Below the pieces are notes generated by a model. The model saw only the letters and a program-made list of their open reading frames with translations. It was not told the DNA's origin and ran no database searches. From a virus (lineage: Duplodnaviria > Caudoviricetes), in the IMG/VR virus record IMGVR_UViG_3300006046_000012, positions 1 to 40,448 of that record: a stretch of DNA of 40,448 nt; one strand, written 5' to 3'. A program made the position numbers and the translations under genes. Below, in pieces: positions 17,517 to 24,631 of the stretch. Position 1 is the first letter of the stretch. Each line of letters opens with the position of its first letter.

Positions 17517-17692
17517 GCGAGCCCGACAGCGCAACGGATGGCCATCGCTCATACAGCCTCGCCCTTAAGGCGTGGCGCGAGCAATGCATCCGCTCTGGGG
17601 CCATAGCGCCGCGAGACAGAGACGAGCGTGAAGCGCGCTGGATGCGTGAAGGGCCGGTAAAGCCGTCTGAACTGGAGACGGTGCGTGGCTGA
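17513..17692 (+). CDS. Hypothetical protein
   Basis: ATGA overlap with gcrA; 59 aa. Confidence 0.6.
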   Translation: MSEPDSATDGHRSYSLALKAWREQCIRSGAIAPRDRDEREARWMREGPVKPSELETVRG

Positions 17693-19529
17693 GTGTCAGA
17701 CCTTCCTAAGCGGCCGGGTGTCTCTCTTCGCGGGGGACTGCCTCGAAGTCTTGCCGACGCTTCCCGAGAACAGCGTCGACTCCGTCGTCTGCGATCCGCC
17801 TTATCACCTGACCGCCAATAAACCGGGCGGCACTGGAATAGCCTCTCTCAATGTGAACTCCCCGGCTGGACGAAGCCGCATCGGCACCGGCTTCATGGGC
17901 AAGCAATGGGACGGCGGCGACGTTGCCTTCCAGCCCGAGACATGGGCCGCCGTCCTTCGCGTTCTAAAGCCAGGTGGGCATCTCGTCGCCTTTGGTGCCG
18001 ACAAGAACTATCATCGGCTTGCATGTGCAATAGAGGATGCAGGATTTGAAATAAGACACATGATCCTGTACTTATACGGATCAGGATTTCCGAAATCTCT
18101 AAATGTGGGGAAGAAGTTAGATGCCACGCAAAAACGCTGTTCCTGTTCTCAGGACTTGCGAGGTTTGCGGAACGGACTGGACGCCGCGGAGTCGGTTTCA
18201 AGCGAGACGAAACAAAACGTGCTCGCCGGAATGCAACGCGAGACGGATATCAATCTGCAACAAGGGGCGCGTTCGGGCGACGAGGACTCCGTGCGCGCTC
18301 TGCGGAGAGCGGATTTACAGAGCGCCATCCCACCGGGATCGGAACGAAAAAACGTATTGCAGCCACTCCTGTCGAGCGAAGGCTCACGCGGAACATCTGA
18401 AACCCTTTGCAGGCAACATGAAGGGGCGGCGCGGCCGTCCGGTGTACGGAGAAAAAAATCCGGCGTGGAAGGGCGGAGTAACCTACCGGAACCGCAAGGG
18501 GAACTACGTGTCGGTGAAGTACGTCCGCTGCCCGGATCATCTTCGGACGATGGCGCGGGCGGACGGCTACGTTATGGAGCACCGACTGGTGATGGCCGAA
18601 TGGATAGGGCGGCCTCTGACACGAACGGAGTGCGTCCATCACATCGACCACGCACCTTTGAACAATCCGCGAAGCAACTTGGAACTCTGGCCAGACAATC
18701 GCAGTCACAAGCTGGCGGAGCATGGGAAAATTGCAGTCGGTGCGGCAAACCGATTGTTCCTGACGGGCTAGGGAGCGCTCTCAAGCCCGCCTATGAGCCG
18801 ATCTGCCTAGCTCGCAAGCCGCTATCGGAAGCGACCATCGCCGCCAACGTGCTACGCTGGGGGTGTGGGGCGATTAACATTGATGGATGTCGGGTCGAAG
18901 GCGAGCCGTGGTCGGCTCACGACGCGACGGGGTTGGCGAAGGTTAAGTTCTTCACAAGCGGCGAAGCGCCGATCATCCATAAAGAACCACACAGCTTAGG
19001 CCGCTGGCCTGCCAACGTCATCCACGACGGCTCGGATGAAGTGCTGGCGGGGTTTCCTGATGCGCCTGGGCAGCAAGGTGAAGTGCGCGGTAGTGAGCCA
19101 AGCAGTTCGGCGCGAGACATTTTCAACGGATTGAAAGGTAGACATTCGCCGCGCGTGCCGGTTGGCGACTCAGGCTCTGCCGCCCGCTTTTTCTACAGCG
19201 CGAAAGCCGACGCAGAAGACCGCATCGGCTCAAAACATCCAACCGTAAAGCCCCTCGACCTGATGCAATACCTCGTGCGGTTGGTGACACCGCCGAAGGG
19301 TGTTGTGCTTGACTGCTTCGCCGGCAGCGGAACCACAGCCGAAGCGGCATGGCGTGAAGGCTTCTCCGCCGTCCTGATCGAGCGAGAGCCGGAATACCTC
19401 GCAGATATTGAGCGGCGCATGTCGCTTTGCCTCGCTGGGCCTGACGAACGCGCCCGCGCGAGCATCAAAGCCAGACAGGTCGGCAAGCCGGCAGATCATG
19501 GCCCGCTGTTTGGAGACGCGGCCGCATGA
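17685..19529 (+). CDS. Beta-class N4/N6 DNA methyltransferase with a ~200-aa insertion
   Basis: GDCLEVL, DPPY catalytic motif, RVLKPGG, GSGFPKS, ALKPAYEPI, HPTVKP, VLDCFAGSGTT SAM-binding motif. Confidence 0.93.
   Translation: MAECQTFLSGRVSLFAGDCLEVLPTLPENSVDSVVCDPPYHLTANKPGGTGIASLNVNSPAGRSRIGTGFMGKQWDGGDVAFQPETWAAVLRVLKPGGHLVAFGADKNYHRLACAIEDAGFEIRHMILYLYGSGFPKSLNVGKKLDATQKRCSCSQDLRGLRNGLDAAESVSSETKQNVLAGMQRETDINLQQGARSGDEDSVRALRRADLQSAIPPGSERKNVLQPLLSSEGSRGTSETLCRQHEGAARPSGVRRKKSGVEGRSNLPEPQGELRVGEVRPLPGSSSDDGAGGRLRYGAPTGDGRMDRAASDTNGVRPSHRPRTFEQSAKQLGTLARQSQSQAGGAWENCSRCGKPIVPDGLGSALKPAYEPICLARKPLSEATIAANVLRWGCGAINIDGCRVEGEPWSAHDATGLAKVKFFTSGEAPIIHKEPHSLGRWPANVIHDGSDEVLAGFPDAPGQQGEVRGSEPSSSARDIFNGLKGRHSPRVPVGDSGSAARFFYSAKADAEDRIGSKHPTVKPLDLMQYLVRLVTPPKGVVLDCFAGSGTTAEAAWREGFSAVLIEREPEYLADIERRMSLCLAGPDERARASIKARQVGKPADHGPLFGDAAA
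18121..18771 (+). CDS. Zn-finger/HNH homing endonuclease nested out of frame (+1) within the methyltransferase
   Basis: CEVCG..TCSPEC..CALCG..YCSHSC; NPAWKGG; GYVMEHRLVM..GRPL..ECVHHIDH..NN..SNLEL. Purine-rich GGGAAGAAG upstream of the ATG. Confidence 0.9.
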   Translation: MPRKNAVPVLRTCEVCGTDWTPRSRFQARRNKTCSPECNARRISICNKGRVRATRTPCALCGERIYRAPSHRDRNEKTYCSHSCRAKAHAEHLKPFAGNMKGRRGRPVYGEKNPAWKGGVTYRNRKGNYVSVKYVRCPDHLRTMARADGYVMEHRLVMAEWIGRPLTRTECVHHIDHAPLNNPRSNLELWPDNRSHKLAEHGKIAVGAANRLFLTG

Positions 19530-20038
19530 CCTTCTCCGCCTTCGGCCATGCGTCCGACAGCCACTCGCCTCTATGGCTCAAGATAGAGGCGCTTGCGGCG
19601 CGGCGGGCGGCTGCGAAAGCGGCGGCTCGGGAAGCAGAACGCGCCGAGCTGCAGAAGGCAAACCTGACGCTGGTTCAGGCGGCCAGGCGGCGCTTCCGGG
19701 CTCTGGACGCGAAGCGCGAGCTGCAATGGCACCGTGAGGTGGCGAAGGCCAGGGCGAACGCTTCCGTCCCCCAGCGCATCCTCCTGGAAGTGTCGCGGCA
19801 GCACAACATACCCGTCGACGCCATCCTGTCGCAGAGCAGGCAGCGCCGCATAACGTATGCGCGCGGCGATGCCATGTGGCGCTTCTACAGCGAAACGACC
19901 CTGTCCACGCCGCAGATCGGGAAATGGTTCGGCGGCAAGGACCACACGACCGTCCTCTACAGTATCAGCCGCTACATGCGCCGCAATGGCGTGCCGCGCC
20001 CGCGGCACCGGCTGCGCATCGGGGAGGGGATGTGGTGA
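19526..20038 (+). CDS. Protein with a DnaA C-terminal (domain IV) HTH
   Basis: ILSQSRQRRITYARGDAMW..LSTPQIGKWFGGKDHTTVLYSI, matching the DnaA-box-binding signature. Confidence 0.88.
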   Translation: MTFSAFGHASDSHSPLWLKIEALAARRAAAKAAAREAERAELQKANLTLVQAARRRFRALDAKRELQWHREVAKARANASVPQRILLEVSRQHNIPVDAILSQSRQRRITYARGDAMWRFYSETTLSTPQIGKWFGGKDHTTVLYSISRYMRRNGVPRPRHRLRIGEGMW

Positions 20039-20217
20039 GCCTCTCCCTCGACACCGCCCGCCTTCCGGGCGTCGGCCGCATCATCGATCCGCAGCCAGCG
20101 GACTACCGGGCGTCCATCCGCTTCCTTGAGCACGGCTTCGTTCCTGTGCGGACTTCGCGGCGCAGTCTTTGCGACCGGCTGAAGGCGACGGCGCGGCGGC
20201 TTGAGTGGGCGCCATGA
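20035..20217 (+). CDS. Hypothetical protein
   Basis: GTGA/ATGA overlaps on both sides; GGAGG SD. Confidence 0.55.
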   Translation: MSLSLDTARLPGVGRIIDPQPADYRASIRFLEHGFVPVRTSRRSLCDRLKATARRLEWAP

Positions 20218-20696
20218 AGCGCCCTCGCGACCTATTCGGCCATCCGATCCGCGCCACGCGCGAGGACGCCATACACGCGGGGATTGTGGAGTTCCTCTGC
20301 ATGGCGGCGCACCCGCGGCTGATGTGGTTTCATTGCCCGAATGGCGGGCTCGTGAAGCCCTCGGCGCGCATCTACTTCAGTCGCCTCGGGGTATTCCCCG
20401 GCGTGGCCGACCTCGTCCTGGTGCTGCCGGACAAGAGCGTCGCCTTCCTCGAAGTGAAGAACGCCGACGGCCGGCTGTCGGACGCGCAGAGGGCCTTCCA
20501 GGCGAGGTGCGCGGTCCTGCGGCTGCGCTACGCCGTCGTTCGGTCGATCTCCGAGGCGGAGGAGGTGTTGAAGGAATGGGGAGCGCTTCGCGGCACGGTC
20601 GCCAGCGAGCCGCTCGACGATAACTGGGAGACCATCGGCGAAGCGGCGAACCGAGTGGTGTCGAGGATGGGGCGTATGCAGAAGCGCGTGGCGTAG
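20214..20696 (+). CDS. VRR-NUC/PD-(D/E)xK nuclease (putative resolvase)
   Basis: E..I..WFHCPNGG..GVFPGVADL..FLEVK..GRLSDAQ..F..YAVVRS. Confidence 0.9.
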   Translation: MKRPRDLFGHPIRATREDAIHAGIVEFLCMAAHPRLMWFHCPNGGLVKPSARIYFSRLGVFPGVADLVLVLPDKSVAFLEVKNADGRLSDAQRAFQARCAVLRLRYAVVRSISEAEEVLKEWGALRGTVASEPLDDNWETIGEAANRVVSRMGRMQKRVA

Positions 20697-20787
20697 CGGC
20701 ATAAAAATATCAGGCCGGAGCCTCCCTGCGACCCCGGCCTGAAAGAACTGAAGCCCGAACCAACCAAGGGCGTCAGAAAGCAGCCTG

Positions 20788-21093
20788 ATGTGGAGGCTAC
20801 CAATGTATTTTAAGCATAGCGACACTATACCTTGTCAACAGGCAAGTGTGTCCGAAAGCGCACAGAGCGCGGAGGGCAAATTACCGCACCTCACAACCGC
20901 TGAGCGCCAAGCCATTCGCGATCACGCACGCGCTACGGCTGACGCCATGGGCGCAGCGGCGGCTGCCATCCTGGAGCGATGGCCCAGCCTGTCAGGAGTG
21001 GATGAGGTCGCACTGCAGCGGGCCGTGAGTGATGCGTGGCGCATACGTGCGTTGGCCGATGCACTTGAGCCGAAGGGGGGATCTGATGGCTGA
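20788..21093 (+). CDS. Hypothetical protein (start possibly GTG 20848)
   Basis: Overlaps the start of the replication initiator. Confidence 0.5.
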   Translation: MWRLPMYFKHSDTIPCQQASVSESAQSAEGKLPHLTTAERQAIRDHARATADAMGAAAAAILERWPSLSGVDEVALQRAVSDAWRIRALADALEPKGGSDG

Positions 21094-21874
21094 GTTCCCC
21101 GCCTTGCCATTGTGGACTGACGCCTATCTCGCGGACACTGCCGACCTCGATGCGCGCGAGCACGGCTGCTACCTGATCCTTCTGATGCTTGCTTGGCGGC
21201 GGCCTGACTGTGCTCTGCCAAATGATCTGAAGTGGATGCACCGCGCGCTCAATGCATATTGTGGTGGAAGCCTGCACGGGCGCACCTTCAACTTCATCGT
21301 CCCCAGATTACTTAGCCGGTTTTTCGTCCTCAATAGCGATGGTAAATGGCAGCAGAAAAGGCTTCGGAAAGAGCGTGACTTTGTATCGAATTTTTCGCGA
21401 ACACAGAGTGAAAACGCATCGAAAAGATGGCGAAAACCAATCGAAAACCAATCGAAAAGTAATCGAAATGGTCTCGAAATGGTCTCGAAACTGGCGTCGG
21501 AAACCAGTGAAAACAATGACTTAGCAAATGCCATGGCTGAGGACATGGCAATGCCCCCACACCCACACCCACACCCAAAGAAGAAAGAGAAGGAAGATAA
21601 TAATACGGTTTTGAATGGAAAAAACGGGGTCTACGCCTTCCAGCACGGGTGCGTGAAGTTGACCGAGGAGAACCTGGCACAATGGCGGGAGTCGTTCTCG
21701 CATGTTTCCGTAACGAGTGCGCTTATCGCGGCCGAGCCATGGCTGGCGAAGCAGAAGTCCTGGTTCAATGCCGCTGCAGGCTTGCTGGACAAGCGGGAGC
21801 GGGAGGCGGTGAAGCCGCCTGAACCGAAGCCGGCGGGGCCGCGTCGTGGGTCCATGCTGGGAAATCGTAATTAG
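21086..21874 (+). CDS. Phage replication initiator (YdaU/DUF1376-like)
   Basis: MAEFPALPLWTDAYLADT..LDAREHGCYLILLMLAW..QKRL..E; internal iterons; upstream of the helicase. Confidence 0.88.
   Translation: MAEFPALPLWTDAYLADTADLDAREHGCYLILLMLAWRRPDCALPNDLKWMHRALNAYCGGSLHGRTFNFIVPRLLSRFFVLNSDGKWQQKRLRKERDFVSNFSRTQSENASKRWRKPIENQSKSNRNGLEMVSKLASETSENNDLANAMAEDMAMPPHPHPHPKKKEKEDNNTVLNGKNGVYAFQHGCVKLTEENLAQWRESFSHVSVTSALIAAEPWLAKQKSWFNAAAGLLDKREREAVKPPEPKPAGPRRGSMLGNRN
21408..21514 (+). repeat. Iteron array, putative replication origin
   Basis: GAAA core at exact 11-bp spacing (21410, 21421, 21432, 21443, 21454, 21465, 21476, 21487), mostly as TCGAAA; AT-richer than the flanks. Confidence 0.8.
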
Positions 21875-21888
21875 GGAGGATCTATCCG

Positions 21889-22740
21889 ATGGACGACAAC
21901 GTGGTGCGCTTTCCAAGGGGGCCGTATGGCCTGGTTTCGCTGCGCGATATTCCCGAGCCGGAGCCGGTTATCCCGTGGTACGCCGGCTACCCGGAATTTC
22001 GCCACAAGATGCAGTTCGCGCCGTCGATGCTCTCCGTCGTGACCGGGCATCCCGGCCATGGCAAGACCAGCCTGATGGCGCAGCTCTGGTTCAACATGGC
22101 GTCGAACCACAATCTGCAGGTCACCGTCGCGAGCTTTGAAAGCTCTCCCATGCCGGCCTACCGGAAAATGGTCCGGCAGTTCTGGGCCGGGCTACCGCAG
22201 GCGCAGATGACCGACGAGCAGATCCGAGCGGCCGATGCGTTCATTGACGACCACTACAAATTCCTGGTCGACGAGCACGACTCGCCCACGCTCGACTGGA
22301 TTTACGACAGGATATTCGACCGCGGCAATGAGCCGGATGTGCTCATCATAGATCCGTGGAACAGGGTGGAAAGCAAGCGCGCGAAGGACCAGACCGAGAC
22401 TGACTATATCTTGAGAAGTCTCATTGATTTGAGGGTATTTGCGAAGGACAATAACTGCCACGTCCAGATCATCGCACACCCGGCAAAGCGGGATATTCGA
22501 TTTCGCGAATATTCTCCTATCCTGGAGGACATCGCCGGCTCGAAACACTGGGACAACATACCCGACCAGGGCTTTTGTGTTCACCGGCCGGAATTTGTGG
22601 ACGAGGCCGGTAACCGCCGCTTCGATGTCGAGCTGTATCACCTCAAGAGCCGCTTCGAGGAACTCGGCTGGCCGTGCCAGTTCGACATGCGGTTCAATCC
22701 ACGGACGGGGAGGTTCGAGACGGCCGAAAAATCGACTTGA
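21889..22740 (+). CDS. SF4 (DnaB/T7 gp4/Twinkle-like) helicase without a primase domain
   Basis: Walker A VVTGHPGHGKT, SFE, LIIDPWN, IIAHPAK, DIAGSKHWDNIPD, KSRF. Confidence 0.88.
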   Translation: MDDNVVRFPRGPYGLVSLRDIPEPEPVIPWYAGYPEFRHKMQFAPSMLSVVTGHPGHGKTSLMAQLWFNMASNHNLQVTVASFESSPMPAYRKMVRQFWAGLPQAQMTDEQIRAADAFIDDHYKFLVDEHDSPTLDWIYDRIFDRGNEPDVLIIDPWNRVESKRAKDQTETDYILRSLIDLRVFAKDNNCHVQIIAHPAKRDIRFREYSPILEDIAGSKHWDNIPDQGFCVHRPEFVDEAGNRRFDVELYHLKSRFEELGWPCQFDMRFNPRTGRFETAEKST

Positions 22741-22749
22741 GGGGGCTTA

Positions 22750-23283
22750 ATGGGAGCGGCAATGGCACGCGCAGGACGCAAGCGAAACGGCCAGGCAAAG
22801 CGGTTGGGAGGCCGCGTCGACTGGCGGGCGATGGCCGAAGATCCATCGCTGCTGACCAAATGGAGCCTGGCGCGCGATCGCTATCTCGAAATGGGGGCCA
22901 ACCCGCGCATGGCCTCGCAGGCGGGCAAGCTGTACGCGCTGCGACACCTGACGGCTGTAGAGGTGGAGGCGGCGGATCGCTGGACGCTGCTGCTCGGCGA
23001 ATATGACCGGATCATCCTGGGCATGGCCCGCACGCCCTCTGGAGGCAGCCTGGAGCGTTTTGTACGGGGTGGCGGCTACCCTACCAGCCCAGACGAGGTA
23101 AAACGCTTCCTTGCCCGTTTCCAGCCCGTGCAGAATGCCGTCCTGCAGGCCGGCAAGCCGGCGCTTGCGGCATTGAACCGGCTCTGCCGTGACGAGGCCG
23201 CGTCTGCGGCTCTGCCGCAGGCGAAGCTCGCGCTCGCGGCGCTCGTGGCGCATTTCCGGCTGGAGCCGCACAAAGGCCATTGA
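22750..23283 (+). CDS. Hypothetical protein, possible late-gene regulator
   Basis: MARAGRKR N-terminus; last early gene before a promoter/terminator, in the position of lambda Q. Confidence 0.6.
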   Translation: MGAAMARAGRKRNGQAKRLGGRVDWRAMAEDPSLLTKWSLARDRYLEMGANPRMASQAGKLYALRHLTAVEVEAADRWTLLLGEYDRIILGMARTPSGGSLERFVRGGGYPTSPDEVKRFLARFQPVQNAVLQAGKPALAALNRLCRDEAASAALPQAKLALAALVAHFRLEPHKGH

Positions 23284-23317
23284 CAGGCAATTGCTTTCGT
23301 GACGAAATAGAGCCTCA

Positions 23318-23358
23318 GACCTCGCCGCCCTATTCGGGCCGCGGGGTTTTTGCGTTTT
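23318..23358 (+). terminator. Putative intrinsic terminator downstream of TTGACA (23280-23285)
   Basis: GC-rich imperfect stem CCTCGC-CGCCC/GGGC-CGCGGGG followed by TTTTTGCGTTTT. Confidence 0.55.
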
Positions 23359-23469
23359 CCAACGCCCGGTGCTTTTTACCTCCCTGGCACCGGGGACTTC
23401 GAGGCCGCCTTGCCTCCTCACCCCAACCGACGTGCGGGGTGGCCTCGATTTCTTCCAGGCGCAGCCCCC

Positions 23470-23679
23470 ATGCATTTTTACGTCCAGCTCATCATCACGT
23501 CGTGCTTGGCAGCCAATCCGGCGGACTGTGGTGAGCTGCGCACGGCGACGGGCTTTGCGACGGCGGACCAATGTGTGCGGGAGGCGCAGCTCCTCGTCGC
23601 CGGCATCATGGTGGAGCATCCCGAGCGGCGCGTGGTGAAATACTCCTGCGTGCGGGTGCCGATCGAGAAGGAGGCGTGA
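23470..23679 (+). CDS. Small Cys-containing, probably exported protein
   Basis: MHFYVQLIITSCLAANPADC...C...C. Confidence 0.65.
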   Translation: MHFYVQLIITSCLAANPADCGELRTATGFATADQCVREAQLLVAGIMVEHPERRVVKYSCVRVPIEKEA

Positions 23680-23951
23680 TGCTTCGCTTGCTCGCCTTCC
23701 TGGTATTGCTGTCGACGCCGGCTGCGGCGCATGGCTGGTATGACAACGCATGCTGCAACGAGAGGGATTGCCGGCAGACCACGCTCGGCGAGGTCGAGCG
23801 CCATGATGACGGCTGGTATGTGGTGCCGCTCAAAGTGCTGCTGCCCTACGATGACAAGCGCCTCCGGCACAGCCAGGATGCGCTGATCCACATCTGCATG
23901 GCGCCGCTGGATAAAATTCGGTGCCTGTATGTGCCTGACATAGCGGGCTAG
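23679..23951 (+). CDS. Secreted Cys-rich protein
   Basis: Signal peptide MLRLLAFLVLLSTPAAA|HGWYDNACCNERDC...HIC...RCLYVP; TGATG coupling; AAGGAGG SD. Confidence 0.8.
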   Translation: MLRLLAFLVLLSTPAAAHGWYDNACCNERDCRQTTLGEVERHDDGWYVVPLKVLLPYDDKRLRHSQDALIHICMAPLDKIRCLYVPDIAG

Positions 23952-23959
23952 AGGCTTCC

Positions 23960-24070
23960 ATGGACGAGGGGATAGCGGGGCAACTCGCGCGCATCATCGC
24001 CCGCCTCGACGAGATCGAACGCAAGATCGACCACCTCACAGAGCAGCTCGGCATAGGAGGCTCGCAATGA
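23960..24070 (+). CDS. 36-aa coiled-coil peptide (not in ORF track)
   Basis: MDEGIAGQLARIIARLDEIERKIDHLTEQLGIGGSQ; GAGG SD; ATGA overlap. Confidence 0.55.
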   Translation: MDEGIAGQLARIIARLDEIERKIDHLTEQLGIGGSQ

Positions 24071-24288
24071 TGTCCACGGGTGGCCTGCTGGGCCTCTTGA
24101 TCTTCATCATCGTCGTCGTGGCGATCGCGGCTCTCATCCTCTGGGTGGTGCAGTACTTCCTGCCCGAGGTCTATCCGCCCGCGCGCATCATCGTCGGCGT
24201 CGTCGCGCTCATAGCTATCCTATTGAGAGTAGCCGGCTTTTTCGGCATCGCAGTTGCAACAGTTACTCAAATTCCCGCAATAGGTTAG
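24067..24288 (+). CDS. Two-TM membrane protein (holin candidate)
   Basis: Two hydrophobic helices; AGGAGG SD; located upstream of the terminase genes. Confidence 0.7.
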   Translation: MMSTGGLLGLLIFIIVVVAIAALILWVVQYFLPEVYPPARIIVGVVALIAILLRVAGFFGIAVATVTQIPAIG

Positions 24289-24298
24289 GAGCTAAACC

Positions 24299-24631
24299 TT
24301 GTCTGCCAGATTAGTGGCCTCGCGCGGCGGTAAACCCGACAAGATCATGCGCGATGCGCTGCTCCTCGAATTGCACGAGGAGGCGCAGGACGACTTCGGG
24401 ACTGCCATCAAGAAACTTCGCCTCGTCGCACGCCGCCTTGTCCAGTCCGCCATCGAGGGCGATGTTTCTGCCATCAAGGAGGTCAACGACCGCGTGGACG
24501 GCAAAGTCCCACAACAAATCCAGGGCGATCCCGACAACCCGCTCGTCGTCACGACCGTCATGCGCGAGATCGTCGACCCCACGCAAAGACTGAACCCGCC
24601 GCCTGATGTTAGCTATTCCAGAGCCTCTTGA
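24299..24631 (+). CDS. terS: Terminase small subunit
   Basis: Directly upstream of and overlapping terL; AIEGDVSAIKEVNDRVDGKVPQ motif. Confidence 0.7.
   Translation: MSARLVASRGGKPDKIMRDALLLELHEEAQDDFGTAIKKLRLVARRLVQSAIEGDVSAIKEVNDRVDGKVPQQIQGDPDNPLVVTTVMREIVDPTQRLNPPPDVSYSRAS

Noticed and set aside
16784-17692. 302-aa ORF and similar long Arg/Ala-rich alternate-frame ORFs genome-wide
   Set aside because: GC-rich shadow frames over recognisable genes with no motifs, unlike the nested HNH. Only the last 59 codons are retained as a gene.
18121-18771. Intein or group I intron in the methyltransferase
   Set aside because: No C-terminal HN-C/S/T intein end was seen, the nuclease is in a different frame, and the HNH ORF fills the insert, leaving no room for a ribozyme core.
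17685-20696. Restriction-modification system (MTase + VRR-NUC)
   Set aside because: The nuclease is a typical phage VRR-NUC resolvase-like protein and is not adjacent to the MTase; orphan MTases are common in temperate phages.
21408-21514. CRISPR array
   Set aside because: 11-bp tandem units with no spacers, inside a CDS, and no cas genes.
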